Source of the DNA: an uncultured Planctomycetaceae bacterium
GTDB taxonomy: Bacteria; Planctomycetota; Planctomycetia; Planctomycetales; Planctomycetaceae
DNA: 64,000 nt
NCBI GenBank assembly: GCA_963813715.1
Contig: CAWFAK010000008.1
Location: 256,001-320,000 of the forward strand
Reading direction: 5' to 3'
A program made the position numbers and the translations under genes. The notes under the pieces were generated by a model. The model was not told the origin of the DNA. It was given only the letters and a program-made list of their open reading frames with translations, and made no database searches. Below are positions 10,214 through 20,856 of the stretch, piece after piece. Numbering within the stretch: the first letter of the stretch is position 1; every line of letters starts with the position of its first letter.

Positions 10214-10621
10214 TCAGCGACTTGGCCGGTACGTAGCGCAGGAGCGGGGGCTTTCCCAGAGCGAGACCTCGGCCACGGGCAGCCCCTCGGCTGCGGCATG
10301 GTCGTAGATCATCCGGGCGATGTTTTCGGCCGTCGGATTGTCCTGAATCAGGGTCAAAGGCTCGCCCAGTGACTTCAGGAACGGGACGGCCGGGTCGGCC
10401 TCGCACAAGATCATCCGATGATCGAGTTGGCTGTCGACCCAGGAGCAAAGCGAGCGTTTGATGTCGGCAAAGTCGACCAGCATCCCCCGCTCGTCGAGCT
10501 TGGCCGTCTCCAGCACGATCACGGCCTTGCCGTTATGCCCGTGCAGATGGCGGCACTTGCCGGAATAGTTGAGCAGCCGGTGGCCGTAACAGAAATCGAT
10601 TTCTTGGCTGACGCGGTACAT
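10214..10621 (-). CDS. queD: 6-carboxytetrahydropterin synthase (QueD/PTPS family)
   Basis: FCYGHRL, CRHLHGHN, LVDFADIK, LDHR, NPTAENIA, LWES. Confidence 0.9.
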   Translation of the reverse strand: MYRVSQEIDFCYGHRLLNYSGKCRHLHGHNGKAVIVLETAKLDERGMLVDFADIKRSLCSWVDSQLDHRMILCEADPAVPFLKSLGEPLTLIQDNPTAENIARMIYDHAAAEGLPVAEVSLWESPRSCATYRPSR

Positions 10622-10795
10622 GAGGCGCGATAAATCGGGCAGGCGTTGGCGCCACGCCGTTCAAGCGGGATCCCGGCGACCGTCAGCACCAATTGGGCTA
10701 AGCAGTCGCCGGTTTGAGGGAATCGCATCCCGATTTTAGGACGGGGCCTCGCGACGAACAAGCAGCCCCGCGCCCGCAATTCAGCCCGCTCTGGC

Positions 10796-10939
10796 CTACC
10801 GCGATTGCATGCGGGAGGTCACCCAGCCGCCGGTGACGATCATCGCGAGCAACATGCAATAGTCGAACATGGTGGCAGCCTGCCAACGCGCCAGACAGTA
10901 GTCGCAGTAAGGACCGTAATGACCAATGAAGTGTTCCAC
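10796..10939 (-). CDS. Small (47 aa) single-TM protein
   Basis: AGGGGG RBS-like sequence before GTG 10939; MEHFIGHYGPYCDYCLARWQAATMFDYCMLLAMIVTGGWVTSRMQSR has a C-terminal hydrophobic helix. Confidence 0.5.
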   Translation of the reverse strand: MEHFIGHYGPYCDYCLARWQAATMFDYCMLLAMIVTGGWVTSRMQSR

Positions 10940-11299
10940 AGGTCCCCCTAGAGCCGATTCCGCCGGCGACCCGGAAACGCAGCGGTCGCGCAGGGCCAGC
11001 GGCCAATCGAGACAAAATTCGTGGGATTGGGTGATGACGACGCCCGAGTGCGGAGGACACTCGTCAGTTTGACGTCGGTGCAAGTTCTCCAGCGATTGAG
11101 ATCACGTGCCCCAGAATAGGGTCACGCACCGCGATCTTTTTGAATTTTGCCCGCAAGCAGAAATGATGTGCAGATGTGTTTTGATGTGATACTCAAGCCT
11201 AGCTTGTGGAATTTCGCCGCGGAGCCGGGAACATCAGTGGACACATGACATTTCTGAAATTGTCAACCATTGACAGCCGCGGTTTTGGCCAATTCCTAT

Positions 11300-11843
11300 T
11301 CACTTGCCGCTCGTTTTCCGCAAGTTGATGAGAATCCATTCCAACAGATGAACAGCTGCCGATTCCTGGCGACGCAGCCGGCGTCTGGACGGCTTGCACT
11401 TACGATCGTCGGCTTCAAGTGACAGCTCGATTTTCTGGACGACAACGGTCGGCCGTTTACGGAGCTCGCGGGCCGCGAAGGCCACGAACACCAAACCGTC
11501 TTGCTCGGGCGGAGCTCCCGGCCCCAAATGGCCCGTAACGGCGGCGGCAATGTCCGCGTGCGGCGTGGCCTCAAGCGCTCCGGTGGCCATGGCTGCGGCA
11601 ACCTCCCGGCTCACCGGACCGGGATCGCGGAGCAGCCGACGGGAGACGCGCAGCCAGCGTGCCTTCGTTTCCACCTGGTAAACGACAGCCGACCCGCACA
11701 AGAATTCGGAAACCCCCGGGATCCGCGCCAAAAGTGCGGCCGCCAGTCCGCCCGTGCAACTTTCGGCCAATACCAGCCGAACCTTTTGCGCGGAGCTGTG
11801 CGACCACGCGCTTGGCCCAGGCGGTTAGTTCACGCTCGCTCAA
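11300..11843 (-). CDS. CinA C-terminal / PncC nicotinamide-nucleotide amidohydrolase family (frameshift near 11785)
   Basis: AESCTGG, PGVSEF, GPVSREVAAAMATGA, AVTGHLGPG; the N-terminus MSERELTAWAKRVV is in another frame. Confidence 0.85.
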
Positions 11844-12274
11844 CGCCGACCTTTCAAAGTCATCCGGCAGTCACACTTGCGCTCATTGTTAAGGTGAGTA
11901 GACGACGCAATGCACCGGCTCTGGACCGACTATTTGGCGGCCCGTCCTGCACTCTGCCCGCGCCAGCCCGACTTGAGCGTTCCGATTGGCGAGACTCTGC
12001 CTGACGTGCCGATTATTCCACCAGAACGCTCTCACGATAAGCCCGAAAACACTCCGTGGCCCTCTCAAGCCGCGGCCAAAACAGCCACCGCGCGGCAGGG
12101 CAACCTACCGACGATCGGCAATGCCGCTTCGCTGCGCCTGGGCTGCGGACTTTGAAATTAAGAGCGCAACGGCCTTGGGGGGTCGTTCGGCTTTCGGTTT
12201 GGCGGCACCGCCACTCGGGCGATAGCCGCGGCGAAACGAATCCGGACGAAAAGGCCGGAGGGGGGCGGGGCAGT

Positions 12275-13270
12275 ATGTCTTTGTGGATTGGCCGACGACG
12301 CACGCGGGCGACCGCTCTCGCACTGCTGGGCCTGCTCTCTCTGGGAGCCGGCCTGGGCGACCGGGCACTCGCCCAAGACCAGAGTCGCGGCGTGAGCGAC
12401 ATGCTGGGCATTCCGCGGATCGTCCGCGATCCGGATACCAACGAAGTCGATCCGGCCATCGCGCCTTCGACCGATGCCCCTCGGCCACACGCCGACGAGG
12501 CGCCCAAAGCTCCCCACGGACGGGCCGCGCTTGAACAGCGAGTGAAGACCGTTCAGAAGGCGACATCGAGCCGGGCTTCGCGCAAGGCGGCCATCGAGGC
12601 GATGCCCTTGGACCGGATGTCCCAAGAGAACCGCCAACGCGTCCAGCAAATCGTCAACGGGACGAGCATCTACCGCGAGTTGCCGACGCTGCAATTCGAT
12701 ATCGATCCCCGGTGCTACAAGTTCTTCATGGATCACCCGGAGGCGGCCGTCAGCATCTGGCAGGTGATGAAGATCTCCGACTTCAAAATGCGGGAGACGG
12801 GGCCGGACTCCTACGAAACCGACGACGGCGAAGGGACCCGCGGCGTGATTGACGTCGCCTATCGCGGCGGCAGCGAGGTCGTCGTGCTCTGCGACGGGGC
12901 CTACAAAAGTGGCCTGTTGCCGTCGCCCATCAAGGCGTCGGGCGTGCTGCATGTGAATGTCGAGTTCGGCCAACGGCCGGACGGGACCAACTTCGTCACG
13001 CACCGGGCCCGGCTGTTCGTCTACTTTCCGTCGCAGACGGTCGAAACGGTGGCCCGGCTCATGTCGCCGCTGAGCAACGCCATCATCGACCAGAACTTCC
13101 GGGAGGTGAGCCTGTTCCTCTACATGATGTCGACCGCCATGGCCCGGCAGCCGGGCTGGGTGGAAACGGTCAGCAAACGGATGGAGAACGTGTCGGAGGA
13201 ACGGAAGACGCAGATCATGCTCGTCACGGTTGGCGTCTTTGCCGATGCCAGCACGCGAAACAAGCACTAG
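12275..13270 (+). CDS. Secreted hypothetical protein
   Basis: Signal peptide (RRTRATALALLGLLSLGAG...ALA-Q) and a long ORF with the window's typical codon bias. Confidence 0.7.
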   Translation: MSLWIGRRRTRATALALLGLLSLGAGLGDRALAQDQSRGVSDMLGIPRIVRDPDTNEVDPAIAPSTDAPRPHADEAPKAPHGRAALEQRVKTVQKATSSRASRKAAIEAMPLDRMSQENRQRVQQIVNGTSIYRELPTLQFDIDPRCYKFFMDHPEAAVSIWQVMKISDFKMRETGPDSYETDDGEGTRGVIDVAYRGGSEVVVLCDGAYKSGLLPSPIKASGVLHVNVEFGQRPDGTNFVTHRARLFVYFPSQTVETVARLMSPLSNAIIDQNFREVSLFLYMMSTAMARQPGWVETVSKRMENVSEERKTQIMLVTVGVFADASTRNKH

Positions 13271-13496
13271 GGAGCGCCCAGTTCCCTAAACCGACTGTCC
13301 AAGGCCCAGAAGCCAAACGGCGGAAAATTCAGCCGCCGTTTGACTTTGGGCCTGTTTTGAGTTTCGGCTTTGTGCGTTTTACCGGGGAGCCGTCGCGTCT
13401 CGGGCGGCGATGGGGAGCCGGAAGGCGTGGCTTGTCGTCCGTCCGCGCGCTATCATTGACGTTGTCCAATCCCGCGCGGGACGGAGCTCTTCGATT

Positions 13497-15836
13497 ATGG
13501 GGCAGATCGGTAAGTGGGTGGCGGCCGGCGCCGGAGTCTGCGCGCTCGCCGTGTTTGGCCTGCGCACTCCGCTCCCAGCAGGCGAAATCACGCTGAAGAA
13601 CGGCCTGGTCCTCAGCGGCACGCCGCGGCGGATACAAGCCCTGATCTACGAGCATCAGCACCCCCGCGAAGGTGAAACGCTCAATCTGCCGTTCCTGATG
13701 ATCGAGAACGGCTACCAGCGAATTTTCATTCCGCGTGGTCAATCCGCGCGGATCGACGATCGCGACGATCTCTCGAAGTACGAGACGTTCAAGCTCATGC
13801 AGCACCGCACGGGCGGTCGGCAGATCACGGGGCGCGTGCTCTCAACCGGGCCATTCAATGAGTTTGGCCAGCGCACGCACTCGGTGCAGACGCCCCAACG
13901 GAAAGAGGACATCGTCGTCGGCGCAACGAAGATTGGGCCCAAGTACGTGGCCGTGACGGGCCTGCGCTATCAATGGAATTATGGCGTCACCACGCCATCG
14001 ATCCCGCCCGATCAGCTCGACAAGATGATTCGCAAGGTCAGCGACCTCAAAAACCCCGATCATCGCTTCGGCATCGCCCGTTTCTATCTGCAGGCAGGTC
14101 TGTATGAGGAATCGGGCAAGGAATTGGATTCGATCGCCAAGGATTTCCCGGAGCTGGCCGGCCGCGTCGCCGACGCCCGCAAAGAACTGCAAGACCTCGA
14201 ACACAAGTTGATCCTGCAGGAGCTGCGGCGTCGCAAGGCGGCCGGGCAGCATGAGCTCGCGCACAGCTACGCCCTGGGAGTGCCCCTCGATAAGGCGAGC
14301 GGCTCGGTGGTTCACGACGTGAAGGACCTGTTGAGCGCCTACGACTCGGGACGCGAGCGAATCGCCAAGGCCCGCGTCTACTTGAGCGAGCTGCAGGCCC
14401 AGTTGAAAGACCCGGCACTGGTCTCCGCCGTCATGCCGCTCCGGCCGATGCTCGAAGAGCAACTCACCCTGGAGTCGATCGATCGGCTCGATGCGTTCTT
14501 CAATCTGGTCGAGGACAAGACGCTGCAACCGGCCGAAAAGCTGGCGCTGGCCTACTCGGGCACCGTCGTGGGGAGCGCGGCGGCCGTCACCGATCTGCGT
14601 CTGGCCATCCGCCTGTGGGAAGCCGATCACGCCGTCATGGAGTATCTCCGCACCGATTCGCCGCAGGACCACCGGGACCAGATCACGCAGCTGAAAGCGA
14701 CCGATGGGCTCACGCCCGAGCTGGTGTTGAAGCTGCTCCAGAATCTGCCGCCGATCGTGGAAACGCCCGATATTCGTCCGGCGGTGGCCACATCGCTGCA
14801 AGTGAGCGGCCGGGGGGTCGAGCCGAACCCCACGTACGGAGTGCTGCTGCCGCCCGAGTACGACTGGCATCACAAGTACCCGATGATCGTGTCACTGCAC
14901 CCTGCGGAACACAACGGCAAGGCCGAACTCGATTTTTGGGGCGGCTCGGCCGCCAAGCCGGGCCGCGCGATGGCGTCGGGCTACATCGTGATTACGCCCG
15001 AATACGTCGAACCGGAGACCCACGAATACGGCTATTCAATGACGTCGCACGATGTCGTGGTGCGCTCAATCATCGATGCCCGCAAACGCTTCAACGTCGA
15101 CTCCGATCGCATCTTTCTCACCGGGCACGGCATGGGAGGCGACGCCGCGTTCGACATCGGCATGTCGCACCCCGATCTGTTTGCCGGCGTGATTCCGATC
15201 AACGGCATTTGCAACCACTTCTGTACCTGGTACTGGCAAAACGCCGGCCACACGGCATGGTACGTGGTGACGGGCGAGTTCGACGCCCGCAATACGTTCA
15301 ATGTCGACGCGAAAATTCTGTCGCGGATGATGAGCGGCACCACCGGTTACTCCAACGGCATGGATGTTGTCCTGGTCGAGTTCGTGCAGCGCGGCTACGA
15401 GTCGTATTTCGAGGAGACGCCGCGGATCTTCGACTGGATGGAAGGACAGCGCCGCCAGAAGGTCCCGCACGACTTTGTGATGCACGTGCTCCGCCCGAGC
15501 GAAAACCACCTCTATTGGCTGTCAGCGGCGGGACTGCCCAAATCGGTCACCGAATCGAACGTTCTCGCCGGTCCCTCGCACGGCAGCATTTCGCCGATGC
15601 ACCTGGAAGGGAAGATTTCGCCGGGCGGCACCATTCGCGTGAAGTCGACGGCCAAAAGTCACACAGTCTGGCTCTCACCCGAACTCATCAGTTTCGAGAA
15701 GCCAATCAAGGTGATGGTGCGGGACATGCAGAAGCACATCAAGCAGCCCAAGTCGTCGATCGAAGACATCCTGGACGACTTCTCCAGCCGCGCCGACCGG
15801 CAGTTGATCTATACGGCCCGCATCGACCTGAACTGA
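13497..15836 (+). CDS. Secreted protein with a helical region and C-terminal alpha/beta-hydrolase (esterase/peptidase-like) domain
   Basis: Signal peptide, ITLKNG motif, YGVLLPPEY, YPMIVSLH, VDSDRIFLTGHGMGG, HPDLFAGVIP. Confidence 0.8.
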   Translation: MGQIGKWVAAGAGVCALAVFGLRTPLPAGEITLKNGLVLSGTPRRIQALIYEHQHPREGETLNLPFLMIENGYQRIFIPRGQSARIDDRDDLSKYETFKLMQHRTGGRQITGRVLSTGPFNEFGQRTHSVQTPQRKEDIVVGATKIGPKYVAVTGLRYQWNYGVTTPSIPPDQLDKMIRKVSDLKNPDHRFGIARFYLQAGLYEESGKELDSIAKDFPELAGRVADARKELQDLEHKLILQELRRRKAAGQHELAHSYALGVPLDKASGSVVHDVKDLLSAYDSGRERIAKARVYLSELQAQLKDPALVSAVMPLRPMLEEQLTLESIDRLDAFFNLVEDKTLQPAEKLALAYSGTVVGSAAAVTDLRLAIRLWEADHAVMEYLRTDSPQDHRDQITQLKATDGLTPELVLKLLQNLPPIVETPDIRPAVATSLQVSGRGVEPNPTYGVLLPPEYDWHHKYPMIVSLHPAEHNGKAELDFWGGSAAKPGRAMASGYIVITPEYVEPETHEYGYSMTSHDVVVRSIIDARKRFNVDSDRIFLTGHGMGGDAAFDIGMSHPDLFAGVIPINGICNHFCTWYWQNAGHTAWYVVTGEFDARNTFNVDAKILSRMMSGTTGYSNGMDVVLVEFVQRGYESYFEETPRIFDWMEGQRRQKVPHDFVMHVLRPSENHLYWLSAAGLPKSVTESNVLAGPSHGSISPMHLEGKISPGGTIRVKSTAKSHTVWLSPELISFEKPIKVMVRDMQKHIKQPKSSIEDILDDFSSRADRQLIYTARIDLN

Positions 15837-15871
15837 GCCGCCATCGACCTGAAGCTGCCGAGCGACGCCCG

Positions 15872-17483
15872 TCAGGCCACGCTCGTGTAAGACCGCCGGA
15901 AGTACCAGGTCACCGTCTCACCTAAGAGGCGGGTCTCGGCTTCAGTGGCGAGCTCGGCAAATTCGCGGTCGGAGGCAGCCTGCTCGAGCAGCCGGCAGTG
16001 CTTGACCAGGTAATCGAGCAATTCGCGATAGGTGCTGGCGCGCGCCTCCAGATCGAGGGAAGCAGCCAGCGACAAGGCGGCGACCGCCACCACAGGTAGC
16101 AGAATCGCCGCCGACCCGAGCCAGTGCATCAACTCCTCGCGGTTGAGCTCGCCCAGGTTCGCGGTGGACCAGTCGTGCAACAAGAGCTTAAACGCAGTCG
16201 CCGCGAAGGCGAGGATCGAGCCCGCCAGGAAGAGGACGTTGGCCGCCCGCCGCCAGAACTGAGCGGAGCTGAGCTTGCCGCGGTAATACGGGATCTGTCC
16301 CTGTGCCTCGTCGGTGAGCCTTTCCCGAATGTATTGGTCACGGCGAGCGGAGAGCGTGTCGGCCGTTAGACGATGCGACTCTCGCAGGTGCAGCACCGAC
16401 AGAGTCCGCAACAGCGGCCGCAGCCCGTCGGGCATCGGCAAAGTGAAGAGATGGCCGGAGTGAGTCTTGACGGCGGCGAGCGGCAACGCGGACCGCGCAG
16501 ACTTCGGCGACCAATCGCGTCATCCCCCACACCGCCGACGCGTGTTTTCCATGCAGCGCCTGGTGTGTTGCCAGGCCGATCGCCAACAACAACAGCTCGG
16601 CTCCGAGCAACCAGGCCACCGGCGCCGTCTCCTTCCAGAGCGCGAGCACAGCACACAATGTCGCCAGGAAGTGAGTAACCACGATGGTGAGTGCGGCATA
16701 GCGAAAGATCGCTTGGGTGCCGCGGGCCTGATGCTCGGCGAACCCTTGGAGGGCCGCGCAGTAAGGCCCGAGCGCAACGGTCGCCGGGAAATCGCTCTTC
16801 AAATCGTGCAGCTCGTGCGGTAATGCAGGGAGCTTGAACGACTCTCGCTGGTGCCAGGTTTCGGCAAACTGCGGCTGCCCGTCGACACCGACGCTGACGC
16901 GGATTTCGAGCGCAGGGCGACCCCGCTTAGCCGCCTGTTTGACGAGATCGAGGCTCCCTCCCGGCTTCGGTTCCGCATCGGCCCGAATCAGGCACAGGAC
17001 CACATTCGCCAGTCGAGCCAGCTCGCGATTGACTTCCTCGAATCGCGCTTGGCGATCGTCGGCCGTGGCAATGGCCCGCTCCTGGATGATGTGCGAACTC
17101 TCCAACAGCTCCCGCGCGACACGCTCTTCGTCGGGACTGAAATCGGGCTGGCCGCTTTTGCTCGCCGCCTTGAGGAAGTCTTCTCGCTGCTGCGGCAGAT
17201 AAATTCGCTGCGGAATCGCCAGGTCGCGGCAAGCGCGGGTGAAGACCGTATCGCCGCCGATCGCGATCTGAGAGATGCCGCACCAGAAGTGCCGTTCGCT
17301 CAGTCCCAATTCCGCGCGCAGCTTGACGATCCGTTCACGGAGCCAACGTTCGACGCGATCCTCGAACTCGCCCCGATCGACGCGCGGATGTTTGGTCGCG
17401 TCGAGCAACATCCGCGAGCCGGCGAAACTCAAATGCACCACAAGCGGCAAGCCGGGCAATTGGGATGGGGCTGTCGAGTGCAT
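15872..17483 (-). CDS. SLOG-like nucleotide-binding domain fused to two SLATT-like 2TM domains (frameshift near 16490-16500)
   Basis: N-terminal 'HLSFAGSR', 'SQIAIGGD', 'IYLPQQREDF', 'KPGGSLDLV..A..RGRP'; two TM pairs, followed by 'WGMTRLVAE' and 'AETRLLGETVTW'. Confidence 0.65.
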
Positions 17484-17648
17484 GTGTGACGCTGAATAAA
17501 TGGTCGATCCGGGAGGTGGGATAGATCGAGCGTAGCTAGGGCGACTCGGCGCAACGCGCGGCACTCGCAACCGGAGGTAGATTGACGGCGCGACCAGAGC
17601 GCAGATCGCTAGTCCTAGAGATGAAAATGACGGGTCGACTGGTCATCC

Positions 17649-17769
17649 CGGGCCCGAGTGCTGAGACGTGCGTCCCTCTAGACGCGTCAGCGGGAACACG
17701 GACGCGCTCTCAGGCGCGTCAGCGGACTCACAGACACGCTTGACGAAACAGCATCTTAGCACGGGCCCG
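17649..17769. repeat. About 120-bp element with imperfect terminal inverted repeats
   Basis: CGGGCCCG(AG)TGCTGAGA ... TCTTAGCACGGGCCCG; internal direct repeat CGCGTCAGCGG x2 and hairpin GACGCGC-N6-GCGCGTC. Confidence 0.4.
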
Positions 17770-17818
17770 ATCCCAGCGAACCATGCTGCGACGAGATCCT
17801 GCGTTCGAGGCGGCAGTC

Positions 17819-19372
17819 TTACACTCCCAGTAGCGTGTTCAGCCAGCCGAAGTTCGTGGTGACGATCGGATCGGTCGGGCTGACGTTGAGATTCACGGTC
17901 TGGATCGAGTTCAGAATCGGGCTGCCGGGCGGGAAGCTGTTGGGGAATGTGCTTTGGCTTTCCAATAGCGTGTTGCTACCCGCGCCGCCGTTGATCGTGA
18001 CCTGCTCCATGAATAGATCCTGCGCCACCCACATCACGTCCGAGCCGCGGCCTGCACTGATCGTCACGGTGCTCAGGAAGGTGGCCCCGTTGATCATTGC
18101 GATGTGGTCGTTCCCGCCACCCGCCGTGATGGTGAAGGTGCCGTTGAAGAAACCGTCGTTGCCCAGCACGGCAATGTCGTCGTTGCCACGGCCCGTCTTC
18201 AGCGTGGTGTTGCCGGTGACCACGATGCCGTCGAGGAACAGCGTGTCGTTGCCGTCGCCCGAATTCACTTTGAGATTGCCGCCGAGATTCACCGGTCCGA
18301 AGACCAGGTTGAGCGGTGCGGACGTATCGCCGGAGGGAACCGGAGCGGCGCCGAGCAGGATCAAATCGTTGCCATTGCCGGTTTGAATGTTGGTTTTGCC
18401 CGTCACCGTCACGTCGGCCACGGCCACGGTCTCGCCGGTTTTCGGGGCGGCGCCATTGCCCGGACTGCAATTGTTGCCGCCACCGCCGTCGCCACACCAA
18501 CCGCCGAAGAAGGCCAGGTCGTTCCACAAGTTGTTGGCAAAGCCGCCGCAGGCGAACGATCCCAAGCCGGGAATCGAGAACAGCGATCCGCCGTTTCCGC
18601 AGAACGGTCCGTTCTGCGACAAGCTGTTGAAGCTGTTAAACGAGTTGAAACCCAAAAACGGCAGGAACGACAGCAGCCCGCTCCCCGGAGTGATGTCGAG
18701 ATCGCCGCCGATATTCACATGCGACGTCTGATCGACGCCGATGATTCCCAAACCCGCGTCGAAGCCGACCTGAATGTCGTCGTTGGCTCCGTTGCTGAGA
18801 ATGTCGAGATTGCCCGTGATATTGGCGTCGAAGACGGCAATCGTATTCGTGTTGCCGGTGCCGCCGACGATGGCCACGTTGCCGCCGACGCTGACCGGAG
18901 TCTCCCCGGTCGTGCCGCCAACGGTGAATTCATCGCTCCCCAGGAAGCCGATGAGAGTGACGTTTCCGCCAATGCTCGCATTCTCGACGGCCACCGTATC
19001 GTTGCCGCCCAGCGTGATCACGGCCAGATTCTTGGGAATGTTCGTGACGGTACCCGAGCCGCCGATATCGACGACGTCGCCGGTCTGCAGCATGAAGACG
19101 TCGACATCGCCGGTGACGGCCGAGGTCGTGAACGGCGTCGAGGTGCCGTTGATGGTCGTCGTGCCGTCGAGGCTCGAGACCTGCAGGGCGCCGGTCGGAG
19201 TCGATTGAATCAGGATCTGACTGTTTTTGGCCAGACCGATTACGGCCAGATTGCCACTATTGGTGACGGTGGCCGTAACGTTGCCCGAGAGGAGCGTACG
19301 TTCTTCCAGCCGCTCGAGTGCCCAGCGCGGGCCAAGGAGAGTCCGACGCGATGTCCGTTTGCCGCGGTTCAT
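17819..19372 (-). CDS. Planctomycete extracellular protein (LExR-type N-terminal motif, Gly/Asn-rich beta-helix/beta-roll repeats)
   Basis: Basic N-terminus then 'LERLEERTLLSG'; repeated 'TGxGNDxI' units. Confidence 0.85.
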   Translation of the reverse strand: MNRGKRTSRRTLLGPRWALERLEERTLLSGNVTATVTNSGNLAVIGLAKNSQILIQSTPTGALQVSSLDGTTTINGTSTPFTTSAVTGDVDVFMLQTGDVVDIGGSGTVTNIPKNLAVITLGGNDTVAVENASIGGNVTLIGFLGSDEFTVGGTTGETPVSVGGNVAIVGGTGNTNTIAVFDANITGNLDILSNGANDDIQVGFDAGLGIIGVDQTSHVNIGGDLDITPGSGLLSFLPFLGFNSFNSFNSLSQNGPFCGNGGSLFSIPGLGSFACGGFANNLWNDLAFFGGWCGDGGGGNNCSPGNGAAPKTGETVAVADVTVTGKTNIQTGNGNDLILLGAAPVPSGDTSAPLNLVFGPVNLGGNLKVNSGDGNDTLFLDGIVVTGNTTLKTGRGNDDIAVLGNDGFFNGTFTITAGGGNDHIAMINGATFLSTVTISAGRGSDVMWVAQDLFMEQVTINGGAGSNTLLESQSTFPNSFPPGSPILNSIQTVNLNVSPTDPIVTTNFGWLNTLLGV

Positions 19373-19618
19373 GGCAGCTTCCTTCTCTGAGTGCTAAGCC
19401 GTTGTTCATCCCTGGTTCTTCCGTGATGGCTTGGCCCGCGGAGCCGATGGGAATTTCAGGGCGTCCGCAGTGCACGGTTCGCGGCAAGCGCGTCCGGCAA
19501 CCATGATTGCTGTTAAAGAGTACCGACCTGAAGATATTTGTCAATCACTGCCGTAAACCGGGTAAACAAGGCGTGTTGCGAAGACCTTTCGGGACGGCGA
19601 AGTTGTAGCGGCCAGGGC

Positions 19619-20791
19619 TCACCCAGTCTTCCCGGCCAGTCGACGCAGAGCATTCATCTTCTCGTTCTGGCCAACCCGGGCCTTGCGAACGGCGTCCGTC
19701 AACAGGGCGATGTTGCGGTCGTACGTGTCGCGGTCGACGGGAAACGGGGTTCCGTCCTTGCCGCCGTGAGCGTAGGCATAGTCCGCCCCAGTGCCGCTCC
19801 TTTGCCGTCTGTTCCGCAGGTGGCCGGAACCTGTCCGCGGGATCACGATGGCAGGCGGGGGCATCGAAAATCAGCTCGGCCAAGAGCGACAGGCTCATCA
19901 CCGTCGCCGGACCGACCCCCTGCGTCCCCAAGAGCTGCTCGAACGAATTGGGCTGAGTCTCGTGGGCCGTGATCAGAATGCGGCGGAGGTGCCGACGATT
20001 GACGTCCTTGGGAAGAAGGCGGTGATTTTTCGGCGCAAACAGGGTCGGCCCCTCTGTGTAGCGCTCGATCTGCTCGCAGACCCAGTCGGGATTTTCCCGC
20101 ACGATCGTCGCGCTCGCGGACCGATTCTCTCCCGCGTCGCAAGCCACCATGTTGAGCAGGGTCAATTGCTGCGGCGGCAGAGTCGCCGGGCCCATCCGAC
20201 TATCAGGCGACAGGTCGCTGATTCCCCCGTGAGGCTCACAGACAAAATCGTCGACCCGCTCGCCCAGCCAGTGGTAGCGGCGGGCCTGCTTTTGTTCGCC
20301 GTTGAGCCCCTGCTGCACGACGCACCACTGCCCATCGCGAGTGAAAAGGAACACGTGGTGATAAAGCTGAAAGCCGTCCTGGACGGCGCCGAGTCGACTT
20401 TCGCGCTCATCCGCGACGCGTAGACCAGACGGTCGCCACCGTCGATGCCGAATCGATCCGAGGCCGCGGCAATCTCGTCCGGCGTGCGGCGGCTCGTGCC
20501 TCCCTTTCCACCGGCGACGCAGATCCCCAGATCCGGGCCGAACAGCTTGAACGCCTCTTTGAGCGCGCCGCACGTGACGGTCGTCACGCCGGAGCTGTGC
20601 CAGTCGAAGCCGAGCACGCAGCCGAAGGCCTGAAACCACCAGGGGTCCGACAGCCGCCGCAGCATCTCGGCGGGGCCGAACTCGTCGACGATGGCCATCG
20701 TCACCGCGCCGGCCAACCGCGTCATCCGCCGAAAAAGCCACGGCGGAGCCTTGCCGCCATGCAACGGCAGATTCGCGAGCCGGCGCTTCAT
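19619..20791 (-). CDS. DUF763 family protein (frameshifts near 20385 and 19785)
   Basis: [83 protein letters not shown], spread across three frames. Confidence 0.9.
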
Positions 20792-20856
20792 GGTCGGAGT
20801 ATAGGAGCGTTTTGGACTGGCGGACAAGATGGCAAAACGGTCTACTCTGTGACCCG

